From: an uncultured Woeseiaceae bacterium
GTDB taxonomy: Bacteria > Pseudomonadota > Gammaproteobacteria > Steroidobacterales > Woeseiaceae
Assembly (NCBI GenBank): GCA_945787845.1
Contig: CALZJH010000009.1
Location: 35,208-99,207, forward strand
Direction: 5' to 3'
DNA length: 64,000 nucleotides
The notes beneath the pieces were generated by a model. It worked only from the letters and a program-made list of their open reading frames with translations, was not told where the DNA came from and searched no databases. Both the position numbers and the translations under genes were made by a program. Below, one piece after another: positions 1 to 10,343 of the stretch. Position 1 is the first letter of the stretch. Every line of letters starts with the position of its first letter.

Positions 1-501
1 CGATGCGCCGTCCTCAAGAACCTCGATGCGGTCGATGATGCCGACCGGAATCGTGTTCAGGTCGGTCGCCGACGACACGCCGCTCGCCGATGAGCCGTTG
101 ACCCAGCGAACCCCGTCGACAAGGATCAAGGTACGCTTGGCGCCGAGGAAACGAAGGTCCATCTGCGCCGCGCCGGCACCGATGCCGCCACCGTCCGGCG
201 GGAAGCCGAAGTTGCCACTGCTGTTGAACCGCGTGTTGAGCGCGCCGCCCGATGACGACAAGCGTTGCAAGTAATCCCCGATCGAGGTCAGACCCGACCG
301 ATTGATGTCTTCTTTGCTGATTTGCAGGACCGGTGACGCCTCATCAAGCGGATTACGACGTATGCGCGATCCCGTGACGATAACTTCTTCGAGCGTGTCA
401 TCGGCCGACGTGTCCTGTTGCGCGTTGGCATCCGAAGATACAAACGCCCCGAATGCAAGAGTTGAGGCCGCAAAAAGGGCCAGAATATGCGAGTTTTTCA
501 T
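1..501 (-). CDS. TonB-dependent receptor, N-terminal part (signal peptide, TonB box, plug); runs off the window edge
   Basis: Own translation (not in the ORF track): [49 protein letters not shown]...[20 protein letters not shown]...[29 protein letters not shown] lies upstream. Confidence 0.93.
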   Translation of the reverse strand, partial: MKNSHILALFAASTLAFGAFVSSDANAQQDTSADDTLEEVIVTGSRIRRNPLDEASPVLQISKEDINRSGLTSIGDYLQRLSSSGGALNTRFNSSGNFGFPPDGGGIGAGAAQMDLRFLGAKRTLILVDGVRWVNGSSASGVSSATDLNTIPVGIIDRIEVLEDGAS

Positions 502-516
502 TGTTTCCCCCTGTTA

Positions 517-548
517 GTGTTTTGAGTAAACACCCTGTGTTTTGAGTA
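517..548. repeat. 12-bp direct repeat GTGTTTTGAGTA (2 copies, 20-bp period) in the TonB receptor leader
   Basis: Copies at 517-528 and 537-548. Confidence 0.7.
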
Positions 549-591
549 TAGAAGAGCTTCAAAGTTTCGCCATGGGATCCCGCGCATCAGC

Positions 592-605
592 TGACAGCGC
601 TGTCA
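592..605. promoter_or_regulatory. LacI/GalR-family operator-like perfect palindrome TGACAGCGCTGTCA
   Basis: Perfect 14-bp palindrome with central AGCGCT, about 90 bp upstream of the TonB receptor start. Confidence 0.75.
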
Positions 606-744
606 TTTCATGCCAAAATAGCAGTACGTGTCTTTTTGCCTCGGAAACGGCACGAGGTTTGAAAGATCCACAGAGCAGCATCGAGTTCGCGATTTCGCTC
701 GCCGACGCGGCAGATGATTCAGGTATTGCAGGAGCGCAAGAGAG

Positions 745-1155
745 ATGAACAAGTCAAAAACGAATCCCTATCCTACTCTCAGCAAAATGGGCGTAGAGAG
801 TCCGAAGCAAATCGACAACTACTACATCTCCAGCATCAATTTCGTTGATGTTCTGAGGATCGTCTATGAGCGACCCAAGGACTCTTACCTGCCGTCCAGT
901 AGAACCTACAAGTTTCCCCGGGTTCCGAGTAGTGACGAGTCCAATGGTCAGAAGAACAAGGAAGCAGGCGTATTGAAGACTCACCCAATGCTGCGCTCAG
1001 CCCTGGAGGAGTTGCAGAAGATCTTTGCAGCAAGATCCAGCAAGGAGAGCATTGCCGCTGAGATCCTAAGCGAAATCGCGTTGCTCGAAGAAGACATAGC
1101 GATGCGCAGCGAATGCCTGAAAGTACTTGTCAGCAAGATTCCAGCTGTCGATTGA
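745..1155 (+). CDS. DUF3461 / YaeH-like protein
   Basis: YPTLSKMGV...IDNY...DVLRIVY...SRTYKFPRV resembles YaeH; C-terminal coiled coil. Confidence 0.75.
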   Translation: MNKSKTNPYPTLSKMGVESPKQIDNYYISSINFVDVLRIVYERPKDSYLPSSRTYKFPRVPSSDESNGQKNKEAGVLKTHPMLRSALEELQKIFAARSSKESIAAEILSEIALLEEDIAMRSECLKVLVSKIPAVD

Positions 1156-1278
1156 ATTCTTAACGAATACACTCGCAGAGGTGCGGGCCGACACTGTCGA
1201 CAGCCGGCACCGCGCGATTGCACAATGCTTCGGCATAGCCGATGATCATCTCGACGAAAGTAGCCGGGGATATTCGAG

Positions 1279-2061
1279 GTGGTAGAGACGACGAACGTCA
1301 TCGTTCTGGGGTTTGTCGCGAGTCTTTGCGCCAGTGCCGGTACGGCTGTCGGCAGCCTTGGCGTGCTTTTCATTTCGAGCCTGTCACGCAGGCTAGAGGA
1401 CGGTCTGCTCAGCGTCGCGGCAGGCATCATGCTGGCCGCAACTTTCTTTTCGCTGCTGCTGCCAGGGCTCGAATACGCCGGGATGCAGCATAGCGAGGTT
1501 CTGTCCGTTGGAATCGTCTCCTCGGGCCTGCTGCTTGGCGCAGTATCGCTGTTCGCGATTCATCAGCATGTGCCTCACGAACATTTTCAGCTTGGTCGCG
1601 AGGGCGCCGAGAGGACCGAGCTTAGTCGAATCTGGCTATTCGTCATCGCGATCACGTTGCACAATTTTCCCGAGGGTATGGCCGTCGGCGTCGGATTCGC
1701 AGGCGGAGAGCTTTCAAACGGGCTGCCGCTCGCTCTCGGCATCGGTTTGCAGAATATCCCGGAGGGTCTCGCCGTATCCGTTGCGCTGCTGTCCGTCGGC
1801 TACAAAAAGATGCAGTGCATGCTCGTCGGAGCGCTGTCAGGCCTTGTCGAGCCACTTGGCGGACTTGTCGGCGCCATAGCGGTGTCGAGCGCGGCGGCGC
1901 TGATGCCCTGGGCCCTGGCGTTTGCTGCCGGCGCGATGCTGTTTATCATCAGCGACGAGATCATTCCCGAAACGCACAGTGCCGATAACAAGAATCTCGC
2001 GACCTTCAGCCTGCTCGGCGGGTTTGTCATTATGATGGTTCTGAATACTGTTATCGGCTGA
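1279..2061 (+). CDS. ZIP-family divalent metal transporter (ZupT/GufA-like)
   Basis: HNFPEGMAVG and QNIPEG motifs, PHEH loop, multiple TM helices. Confidence 0.93.
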   Translation: MVETTNVIVLGFVASLCASAGTAVGSLGVLFISSLSRRLEDGLLSVAAGIMLAATFFSLLLPGLEYAGMQHSEVLSVGIVSSGLLLGAVSLFAIHQHVPHEHFQLGREGAERTELSRIWLFVIAITLHNFPEGMAVGVGFAGGELSNGLPLALGIGLQNIPEGLAVSVALLSVGYKKMQCMLVGALSGLVEPLGGLVGAIAVSSAAALMPWALAFAAGAMLFIISDEIIPETHSADNKNLATFSLLGGFVIMMVLNTVIG

Positions 2062-2100
2062 CGAATGCCGGTGACCGGGCTCCGAAGGAACGCCAGATAA

Positions 2101-3420
2101 TTGTCCAGAGATAAATTCCGTTTTCCCACGATAACCGCCATCGTAATCGCCAACATGGTTGGCACCGGCGTGTTCACGAGCCTCGGCTTTCAACTTCTCG
2201 ATATCCAGTCCGGCTTTGTCATCCTGGTGTTGTGGGCACTGGGTGGACTGATCGCCGTGTCCGGCGCCATGACCTATGCCGAGCTGGGGGCGGCATTCCC
2301 CCGTTCGGGCGGTGAGTACAATTTTCTCTCCGAGATTTATCATCCGGCCGTGGGATTCGTGGGCGGCTGGACGTCCCTGACGATTGGCTTCGCGGGACCT
2401 TCCGCACTTGCGGCGATGACGTTTGCTGCCTATGCCACATCGATCCTCGAAGTAGCACCATCGGCCTGGCTGGAGCGCGCCCTGGCCGTGGGGCTGGTGG
2501 TCATATTGACCCTCGTGCACGCTGGCCGACGCCGCAACAGCGGGGGTATCCAGGTGATCTTCACGATCCTCAAGGTCGCTGTCATTGTTGGTTTTTGCCT
2601 GGTGGCTTATCTATTCATTGACGAGCCCCAGCCGGTACGATTTCTGCCGTCTGCGGAAGACAGCACGCTCTTTACCGACAGCGCATTTGCCATCTCCCTG
2701 ATCTACGTCAGTTATGCCTACACGGGCTGGAATGCCGCAACCTATCTCTCGAGTGAACTCGAGAACCCTCAGCGCACGCTGCCCACCATCTTGCTCACGG
2801 GGACGCTCGTCGTGACGCTGTTGTACGTCGCGTTGAATTTCATCTTTCTGTATGCCGCACCGGTTGCTGACCTCCAGGGACAGGTCGAAGTGGGGCTGAT
2901 CGCGGCGAAGGCTGCGTTTGGTGAGGTGGGTGGGCGATTCACGGGCCTCGTGCTCGCGCTGCTGTTGATCTCGACGGTCAGCGCCATGCTGATGGCCGGC
3001 CCGCGGGTACTGCAGGTCATGGGACAGGATTTTCACATCCTGCGTAGCATTTCCCGGGTCAATGAGGACGGCATCCCGACGACCGCGATCGTCATCCAGT
3101 CTGCCCTTGCGATTCTGTTCATCCTGACAGCGAGCTTTGAGTCCGTGCTGCTGTTTGCAGGATTCACGCTGGCACTGAACAGTTTTGTTACCGTGCTCGG
3201 CGTGTTTGTGCTGCGGTGGCGGCAACCCGGGCTGGAGCGACCGTACCGGACGTTTCTGTATCCGCTGCCACCGCTCATCTACCTGGCGCTGATGGGCTGG
3301 ACCCTGGGGTTCGTCCTGGTGAACCGGCCGGTCGAGGGACTGTTCGGGCTGGGCGTGATCGTGTCCGGGCTGGTTATTTATTGGCTTTTGAGTGGTAGCG
3401 ATGCGTCGTCGGACCTTTGA
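2101..3420 (+). CDS. APC-family amino acid permease
   Basis: ANMVGTGVF, YAELGAAFPRSGGEY, YAYTGWN motifs; about 12 TM helices. Confidence 0.92.
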   Translation: MSRDKFRFPTITAIVIANMVGTGVFTSLGFQLLDIQSGFVILVLWALGGLIAVSGAMTYAELGAAFPRSGGEYNFLSEIYHPAVGFVGGWTSLTIGFAGPSALAAMTFAAYATSILEVAPSAWLERALAVGLVVILTLVHAGRRRNSGGIQVIFTILKVAVIVGFCLVAYLFIDEPQPVRFLPSAEDSTLFTDSAFAISLIYVSYAYTGWNAATYLSSELENPQRTLPTILLTGTLVVTLLYVALNFIFLYAAPVADLQGQVEVGLIAAKAAFGEVGGRFTGLVLALLLISTVSAMLMAGPRVLQVMGQDFHILRSISRVNEDGIPTTAIVIQSALAILFILTASFESVLLFAGFTLALNSFVTVLGVFVLRWRQPGLERPYRTFLYPLPPLIYLALMGWTLGFVLVNRPVEGLFGLGVIVSGLVIYWLLSGSDASSDL

Positions 3421-3492
3421 CAAAACAGGCCGTTGATGAGACGGTGATTGGTCAGTAAAGCCCTGAAAACCCAGCTAGTGAAGGAGTTCGAG

Positions 3493-4185
3493 ATGTTCAT
3501 GAAACCTCGACATGCCGGAAACGCGCTCATGGGCCTGTTTCTCTCCGGCCTTATGCTGTCTCACACCGCGGCTGCCGGTGTATCTACCAAGCAAGACAGC
3601 GTCACTAGTCCTGACTACGCAGGGTTTCAGCTCTCTACCGTGGTGCTTCGGATAGATTCTGAGGATCCTGATCGAAAAGTCGTATTGGAGCATTTCCTGA
3701 AGAAGGAACTGGCGAAGGAAGGTGTTACCGTCCACCTGTACGATGACGTTTTTCCGGCGACGCAGGCCTGGACCGACGAGAGCATGCGCGAGGTTCATGA
3801 AGCGCTGTCTATCGAAGGCATCATGCACGTTCAGCATGTTGGCGATGTAGCGTCTCACGACCCATTGTCCCAGACGCAGCGCGTTCGCTACAGCGAAACG
3901 TCGATGCCAACGAGAAGTGACCAGCCGTCCGGTCGTTATGGCGGAGGACCCGCTGGCGCGGTTGGCTATACCGAGTCGGCCAGCGGCTACGCCACGGGAC
4001 CGCATGCGCAGACGGCCCGGTACCAGGTTGCACTCATGGAGCCGACTCAGGGGCGCGAGGTCTGGCGCTCGAGCATTGAGACGCGGGTGACGGGCAACCA
4101 CAGCAAGCACCAAAAAACCGCGAAGAGCACCGCCAAAGCGATCATTCGCGACCTGACAGAGAGCGAACTAATCCCGCAAGATTGA
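3493..4185 (+). CDS. Hypothetical exported protein
   Basis: SD AAGGAG at 3481 followed by ATG at 3493; signal-peptide-like N-terminus ending in AAA. Confidence 0.6.
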   Translation: MFMKPRHAGNALMGLFLSGLMLSHTAAAGVSTKQDSVTSPDYAGFQLSTVVLRIDSEDPDRKVVLEHFLKKELAKEGVTVHLYDDVFPATQAWTDESMREVHEALSIEGIMHVQHVGDVASHDPLSQTQRVRYSETSMPTRSDQPSGRYGGGPAGAVGYTESASGYATGPHAQTARYQVALMEPTQGREVWRSSIETRVTGNHSKHQKTAKSTAKAIIRDLTESELIPQD

Positions 4186-4209
4186 GGCGCTCTCGATCAG
4201 GCGTGTGGC

Positions 4210-7200
4210 CTAGAACTCTGTGGGCGCCGGCGGTGCTTTGACCGCTCCCGGCGGCGTCTTCTCCAGTTCCTCGAGCAAGACCTTCACGGCTTCCTCGAGA
4301 GTCGGGTCCTTGCCCGCGGCCACGAGTTCAGGCCGATCCACGACTTCGATATCCGGGGACACACCTTCGTTCTCGACGGCCCACTCATTGTCCGTGTCCA
4401 TGAAGCGGAACGTCGACGCCAGGATGCTGCCGCCATCGGCCAGTGACGGATTGCCCGAAATGCCGATCAGCCCGCCCCAGGTGCGCGTGCCAATCAACGG
4501 CCCCAGTCCGAGCTTCTTGAAGTAGTACGGGAATGCGTCGCCGCCCGACGACGAATAGCCATTGATCAACGTTGCCTTGGGACCGGTGTGTGAGAAGGTC
4601 GGTGTGGCGAGCGGCTCGAGGCCGCGGCGCTTCCAGTAGTTCAGCGGCCTTCGGGAGACGAGTTCGATCATACGGTCCGGAATGAAGCCGCCGCCGTTGT
4701 AGCGCGCATCGATGATCAAGGCGTCCTTGTTCATCTGCGGCAAGAACCGTTTGAACAACTCGCGGTTGCCGTCGCCGGCCGTATTCGGCAAGTGCACGTA
4801 GCCGATGCGCCCGCCTGACAGCTCGTCGACGCGGCGCGCACGATCCTCGACCCAGTCGAGATAACGCAGCTGCGTTTCGGAGGTGACGGTCCGGACCATG
4901 ACATCGCGACTGCCGCGCTTGCTCGGCCTGTCGTTCACGGTCAGCGTCACGACGTCGCCCCCCGTATTCTCGAGTAGCTGATAGAAGTTCTGTGTATCTT
5001 TCGTCGATACGCCGTTGACGGCGACAACGTAGTCGCCGACCGAAACATCGACGCCGGGTGCGGCCAAGGGCGAGTAGAAGGCCGCTTGCCAGGTTTCGCC
5101 CTTGAAGATCTTGCTGATTTGGTAGGCATCACCCTCGCGTTTGAATTCGGCACCGAGCAGACCGCCGTTGCGACGCTCGACCGCGGGCTGGTCGCCTGAC
5201 TGAACATAGATATGCCCTGCGTTCATCTCCCCCGCGATCTCGCCAAATATATAGTCGAGATCGGCGCGGTGAGCGACGTGCTTCACGAGCGGCTCGTACT
5301 TGCTTCGAATCGCGTCCCAGTCCATGCCATGCATGTTCGGGTCGTAGAACCAGTCGCGCAGGATGCGCCAGCCGTCGACATACATCTGCTGCCATTCGAT
5401 CGTCGGATCGACGAGTAACTCCATGTCGTCGAGTTCCAGTCGGCCTTCGGACGCGTCCTGCTCGGCAGCGAGATCGGCGATGCCCAGTGCGCTGCTGGCC
5501 GAGTACAGAACCTTCTCCCCGTTGCCGGAAAGCGAGAAGCTCTCAACACCCTCGAGGACAGTCACCTCTTCCTCGTCTTCGAGATTGAAAAGCATGACCT
5601 TGTTATCGCCGTTCTGGCCGGACACATACACGGGCCCCTTGGGCGATGCGGCGAGGTTGTTGTAGTTGCCGCCGCCAGACTGCAAAGCGACTACTCGATC
5701 CTCGAGCCCGTCGAAATCGATATTGACCATGACCGCTTCGTCTTCCGACTCGCCATTGTCTTCATCGTCATTGGCGTCACTGGCCACCGCCACTTCGTCA
5801 CTCTTTGGCAGGAACAACGCAGGTTGGTCGGCATTCAGCTGCGCGGCGTAGACGCGCGTCGAATTGGTCACCATGTAGTTGAACTCGATCGAGCTGAACT
5901 GCAGGTCCTGGTCGCGCGACGACAGGAAATACAGGTAGCGGCCCTGCGGATCGAACACAGGTTCGCTCTCATTCGTCATGCTCGACGTGACCGCGTAATT
6001 GCGCCTGTCCGCTAATGAATGGACCCAGACATCACCAATCCCCATCTCATTGTTCTTTACGTAGGTCACGAAGCGACTGTCAGGCGCCCAGCTGTAGTCG
6101 GTGATGTCGTTGTAGACAGACGAATCGATGACGCGTACCCGCCCGCTATCGACCTGCACGACATTCAGCCGCTGCTTTTTGTCGCCGAAAATGAGCATGT
6201 TCGAGTCGGGAGACCAAACCGGTGCAAATCGCCAGATCGCACCGTCCTTCGTGACTTGCCGGGCATCGCCGCCACCCACTGGCCGCACCCAGATTTCGTA
6301 TTCGCCGGACGCGTCCGACAGGTAGGCGAGAAGTTTGCCGTCCGGGGACCAGCTTGCATTGATCTCGCGCGTCTCGGGGGTGCGCGTGAGGTTTCTCACC
6401 GGCCCGTCTTTGGCCGGGACGCTGAAGACATCGCCGCGAGCCGTGATAAGAACACGATTGGCACTCGGCGAGAGGTCGGCAGATTCGATGAACTCCGAGG
6501 CTTCGACGACCCTTGGCAGCGTTGCCGGGCGATCGCCGCCGACCGAAATCTCGAGCCGTCGTGACTCGCCGCTGCGCGGATCGTAACGGTAGAGCCAGCC
6601 GCCGTTCTCGTATACGACGGCCGAGGGGCCGGCGCTCGCCCACAGAACGTCGAACTCCGTATGCGAGGTCACGGCTTCGGAACCGTCCGGCGAGTAGCGA
6701 TAGAGGTTGAGCGTGTAGTCGCGGTCGGACGTGAAGTAGATGTTGTCACCGACCCAGACTGGCTGGTGATCGGTTGCGGGGTTGTCGGTCAGTTGTTCCG
6801 ACGTGTTGTTGTCGAGATCGTAAATCCAGACCTCCTGAGCGCGACCGCCGCGATAGCGCTTCCAGGTCCGGAACTCGCGATCGATCGGCGTATACACAAC
6901 CTTGCTGCCGTCAGGCGAGAACATGCCGCCACCGCCTTCCGGGATTGCCATTGGCATTTCATCGCCACCGCTGGCCGGAACCAGGTGGTAGCGGCCCATA
7001 CGCACGCCCCAGGGCAGGCGATTGGCTCGCACCAGCACGTGCTGCCCGTCTCGCGTCCAGTCGAGAACGCGGTAATCCGAGCCGCCACGTGGCGGCATGG
7101 CGCCGACATCGTTGTACCAGGTCAATTGCCGTGGCGTGCCGCCACTCGATGGGATCACGTAAACCTGCCGGGTACCGTTGTACTCGGCGGAATAGGCCAC

Positions 7201-7428
7201 CTGCGACCCGTCCGGTGAGAACTTCGGGAACTGCTCCAGGCCTTCGTGGGACGTGAGCCGGACAGCGGTACCGCCGCTTGACGGCGCAACGTAGAGATCA
7301 CCGGCATAGACGAAGACCACGCGATCTTCATGAATGTCGGGGAAGCGCAGTAAGCGCGTGTCGTCGGCGAATCCTGCTTGCGCGATCGCAAGCAACAAAA
7401 CGAACGGAATAATCCTGAAAGCCAGCAT
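4210..7428 (-). CDS. Tricorn-type S41 protease (beta-propellers, PDZ, catalytic domain), with signal peptide
   Basis: PD40 repeats, RYNGGGF, SSSGGD catalytic Ser, GTRTWGGLIGI, ENEGVSPDIEV. Confidence 0.95.
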   Translation of the reverse strand: MLAFRIIPFVLLLAIAQAGFADDTRLLRFPDIHEDRVVFVYAGDLYVAPSSGGTAVRLTSHEGLEQFPKFSPDGSQVAYSAEYNGTRQVYVIPSSGGTPRQLTWYNDVGAMPPRGGSDYRVLDWTRDGQHVLVRANRLPWGVRMGRYHLVPASGGDEMPMAIPEGGGGMFSPDGSKVVYTPIDREFRTWKRYRGGRAQEVWIYDLDNNTSEQLTDNPATDHQPVWVGDNIYFTSDRDYTLNLYRYSPDGSEAVTSHTEFDVLWASAGPSAVVYENGGWLYRYDPRSGESRRLEISVGGDRPATLPRVVEASEFIESADLSPSANRVLITARGDVFSVPAKDGPVRNLTRTPETREINASWSPDGKLLAYLSDASGEYEIWVRPVGGGDARQVTKDGAIWRFAPVWSPDSNMLIFGDKKQRLNVVQVDSGRVRVIDSSVYNDITDYSWAPDSRFVTYVKNNEMGIGDVWVHSLADRRNYAVTSSMTNESEPVFDPQGRYLYFLSSRDQDLQFSSIEFNYMVTNSTRVYAAQLNADQPALFLPKSDEVAVASDANDDEDNGESEDEAVMVNIDFDGLEDRVVALQSGGGNYNNLAASPKGPVYVSGQNGDNKVMLFNLEDEEEVTVLEGVESFSLSGNGEKVLYSASSALGIADLAAEQDASEGRLELDDMELLVDPTIEWQQMYVDGWRILRDWFYDPNMHGMDWDAIRSKYEPLVKHVAHRADLDYIFGEIAGEMNAGHIYVQSGDQPAVERRNGGLLGAEFKREGDAYQISKIFKGETWQAAFYSPLAAPGVDVSVGDYVVAVNGVSTKDTQNFYQLLENTGGDVVTLTVNDRPSKRGSRDVMVRTVTSETQLRYLDWVEDRARRVDELSGGRIGYVHLPNTAGDGNRELFKRFLPQMNKDALIIDARYNGGGFIPDRMIELVSRRPLNYWKRRGLEPLATPTFSHTGPKATLINGYSSSGGDAFPYYFKKLGLGPLIGTRTWGGLIGISGNPSLADGGSILASTFRFMDTDNEWAVENEGVSPDIEVVDRPELVAAGKDPTLEEAVKVLLEELEKTPPGAVKAPPAPTEF

Positions 7429-7499
7429 TAACGGTCTCCATATCGGCGAGGCGGCTATCCTACCATCGAAAATGGGGCCCGCAGTGGCGCAGCGGGCTG

Positions 7500-7805
7500 T
7501 CAGTCGGCTGGCTTCAGCATCCGCGAGTCAAATTCATAATGTGAGCCGTTCAGTGCTTCCAGATTGACTTCCCAGATCTCATCGTCGGGAATGCTGGTGC
7601 GCTCGTGCCCAGGCAGTTCGCGTTCGTCGTCGACCTGTAATCCCCAGACTCGAACGTTGCGCACGCCGGCGACAGGAATGCGTGTTGCATTGAAGCGCGC
7701 GCTTAGCGCCGGATCGACATCGTCGCTGGCCCAGATGGCGAAGCCGCAGTCGAGAATGCTGGCAACGTGTGCCGGCATGGTGGGTGAGCGTTTTTCTTCG
7801 GTCAT
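7500..7805 (-). CDS. Hypothetical protein (about 101 aa)
   Basis: Fills the gap between tricorn and the nucleotidase with plausible composition (MTEEKRSPT...); the longer ORF-track start overlaps the next gene. Confidence 0.55.
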   Translation of the reverse strand: MTEEKRSPTMPAHVASILDCGFAIWASDDVDPALSARFNATRIPVAGVRNVRVWGLQVDDERELPGHERTSIPDDEIWEVNLEALNGSHYEFDSRMLKPAD

Positions 7806-7906
7806 GGCGCAGGCCTCTCTACCGCGTATGATGTGCCAACATTCAGTGGCCTCGAACACGGTACTGCGCGGCCCGCATCCAGACAATCCGGGGGAATCCC
7901 TATCCC

Positions 7907-9484
7907 ATGTTTCGACAATCACTCCTGACACTGCTGACACTCGCTCTGGCAACGCTCTGTGCGTGCGACGGGGTCGACGCGAGCAGCGATGCGCAGAGCA
8001 CGACCGTCACGCTGCTCTTTACCAACGATGTCGAAAGCGCGTACGACCCGATCCCGGCGTTCTGGCTTGAGGGCCAGGAGATGATTGGCGGCATTGCCGA
8101 GATGACGACGCTCATCAAGGAAATACGAGCGGAGGAACCCAACGTGTTCCTGTTCGATTCCGGCGATATTTTCACGGGGGCACTTGCGAAGCTCACGGAA
8201 GGTCGGCTGGCCTTCGAACTCATGATCACGATGGGCTACGACGCCATGGCGATCGGCAACCACGAATTCGAATACGGTCATGAAGTGTTCGCCTGGCAAA
8301 AGAACCGCGCGCCTTTCCCGGTGCTCGGGGCGAACTTCTTCTACAAGGACACCACGCATCCTTACGCGCAGGCACATGCGGTCATCGAGCGTGACGGTAT
8401 CCGAATTGGCGTTATCGGCATCATGGGACAGGATGCGGTCAGTGCGATTATTCCCTCGTTCATCGAGCCACTGGACGTCACGGTCCCGGCAGACGCCGTG
8501 CAGCGCTCGGTCGATGAGCTGCGTGACCAGGTGGACCTCATCGTGTTGCTGACGCACCAGGGCAAAACCGCACCCATGCAGACCGACGCAGAGAGCGACC
8601 CGCGCCTGCAGCGCGACATCGATGCTGATATTCATCTCGCAGGGGCGGTGACCGGTGTTGACGTGCTGTTCGCGGGCCATGCCGACGCGGGCACGCCTGA
8701 GCCGATCGTGCATGAGAAGACCGGCACAATCATCATGCAGACCTACGGCCAGGCAACTCACCTGGGGTATCTGCAGCTCACACTGGACCCGGATTCACGG
8801 CGAGTTGAAGGCCACGACGGCCGCTTGATCCCCGTGGACCCGGCGCTGCACGCGCCCGACCCGGACGTCCATGCCAAGTTGTCAGCCTACCGCAGCGCGT
8901 ACCCGGAGATTCAGGCCGTGGTTGGCAGAACAGCGGCCCGGATGAATCGTCGTTACATTGAGGAATCCGACGTCGGTCACCTGTTCGCGGATGCCTTTGT
9001 CGCCTCGGCCGGTGCCGACGTGGCCTTTGTCCACAGTGGGAGCCTTAGAAAAGACCTTCCCGGCGGCGACGTACGCGTCGTCGATCTCCTCGATACGTAT
9101 CCGTTCGTTGACGACGTGATCGTGAAGGAAATGACCGGCGCGCAAATTCGGCGAGCGCTGGAACAGTCGTTTACCCTCGAGCGCGGCCTGTTACAGGTGG
9201 CTGGCCTCAACGTGACGTACGACCTGAGCCGGCCGGTGGGACAGCGCCTGGTTTCGCTGCAGCGAAATGCTGCGCCGGTTCTGGATACCGATCGGTTGCG
9301 GGTCGCGGCACCGGGTTTTCTTGCCGAGGGTGGGGACCTGTACACGATGTTCGCCGAATTGGACGCGATCGGCAATGCCGGCAAGGTATCGGATGTCGTC
9401 GCCGCGTACTTTGCGCAGCAGGACGAAGTCGGTGTGCCGTCGCGTCAGCGGCAGATAGACGTCGGACCGACTAGTCCGCAATGA
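7907..9484 (+). CDS. Metallophosphoesterase/5'-nucleotidase family lipoprotein
   Basis: TND, DSGD, GNHEF motifs, C-terminal 5'-nucleotidase domain (FLAEGGDLY), lipobox-like LCAC. Confidence 0.88.
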   Translation: MFRQSLLTLLTLALATLCACDGVDASSDAQSTTVTLLFTNDVESAYDPIPAFWLEGQEMIGGIAEMTTLIKEIRAEEPNVFLFDSGDIFTGALAKLTEGRLAFELMITMGYDAMAIGNHEFEYGHEVFAWQKNRAPFPVLGANFFYKDTTHPYAQAHAVIERDGIRIGVIGIMGQDAVSAIIPSFIEPLDVTVPADAVQRSVDELRDQVDLIVLLTHQGKTAPMQTDAESDPRLQRDIDADIHLAGAVTGVDVLFAGHADAGTPEPIVHEKTGTIIMQTYGQATHLGYLQLTLDPDSRRVEGHDGRLIPVDPALHAPDPDVHAKLSAYRSAYPEIQAVVGRTAARMNRRYIEESDVGHLFADAFVASAGADVAFVHSGSLRKDLPGGDVRVVDLLDTYPFVDDVIVKEMTGAQIRRALEQSFTLERGLLQVAGLNVTYDLSRPVGQRLVSLQRNAAPVLDTDRLRVAAPGFLAEGGDLYTMFAELDAIGNAGKVSDVVAAYFAQQDEVGVPSRQRQIDVGPTSPQ

Positions 9485-10196
9485 TCATGAAGCTGCTGGT
9501 GTTCTCGACAACCAGCGACACGACAATCATGTAGCCGAACAGGACGGCGGCAGACTTCAGCGCCAGCGCGAACCAGCCTGGCTGATAAACACGGCGCGTT
9601 GCCAAAACGAAATAGGCGATGAAGTAGGCAAGAAGCAGGCCCCGTAGGATCAGCGCCAGCATGTTATTGCCCGCCACGTTTTCAAGTGGCATGGCCAGTG
9701 CCAGCACGACGTAGCCTGCGCTGTGGAGGTGTAGCGAGAAAATCAGGTGGTCGAAGTACAGCCGCCTCGCAAAGACAATCTTCAGCAGCACGGCGAAGAC
9801 AGGCAGTAACAGGAACATCAGGCGTGGCAGGTCGTCGGAGAGAAAACGCGCCTGCACGGCCGCGTCGAAACCCGGGTCCTGGCCGGGCTCCAGCAGGATG
9901 CCGCTCTGTGCCAGCCACGCCACGACCACAAAAAACGCAATGCTGATCACGAGATACAGGCGCAACGGCGACGAATAGCGGCGACGCCGGCCGTCAAGGA
10001 ACTCGCTGGTCAGCAAGCCGGGATGGCGGAACAGTGTCTTGACCGTCAGAGCGGAACGGCCATCGAGTTCGAACGTCTCTTTAATGACGTCGCCCAGCAA
10101 TCCCAGGATAGGACGTTTCAGGTCAACATCTTTTTGACCGCAAGTCGAACAGTAGGCGCCGTTGAGCCCGGCCTGGCAGTTTTTGCATAGCGGCAT
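9471..10196 (-). CDS. DUF3667 domain membrane protein
   Basis: CKNC...YCSTCGQK zinc ribbon, PG.LT.EF..GRR.RY..PLRLYL, HLIFSLHLHS. Confidence 0.85.
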   Translation of the reverse strand: MPLCKNCQAGLNGAYCSTCGQKDVDLKRPILGLLGDVIKETFELDGRSALTVKTLFRHPGLLTSEFLDGRRRRYSSPLRLYLVISIAFFVVVAWLAQSGILLEPGQDPGFDAAVQARFLSDDLPRLMFLLLPVFAVLLKIVFARRLYFDHLIFSLHLHSAGYVVLALAMPLENVAGNNMLALILRGLLLAYFIAYFVLATRRVYQPGWFALALKSAAVLFGYMIVVSLVVENTSSFMIIAD

Positions 10197-10235
10197 GGGA
10201 CAGTGATACCGAGCCCGCTGCGCCGCGTCAATGCG

Positions 10236-10275
10236 GATACAACCTGAAACATCCCCACACAGTATTGAAACCTCC
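10236..10275 (+). promoter_or_regulatory. Phased direct-repeat array resembling an OmpR/PhoB-family binding site upstream of the fasciclin gene
   Basis: GATACA (10236), GAAACA (10246), CACACA (10256), GAAACC (10267); spacing 10, 10, 11 bp. Confidence 0.45.
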
Positions 10276-10343
10276 TTGGGACGGCACCCTGATACCGTTC
10301 ACACACTGATTTTTACCCCCTTGAACCCCCAGGAGAAACATCC

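Noticed and set aside
517..548. GTTTTGAG-containing repeats as a CRISPR remnant
   Set aside because: Only two 12-bp copies 8 bp apart, and no cas genes.
1156..1278. Metal-sensing riboswitch upstream of the ZIP transporter
   Set aside because: Only a simple GC hairpin; no yybP-ykoY or NiCo consensus recognised.
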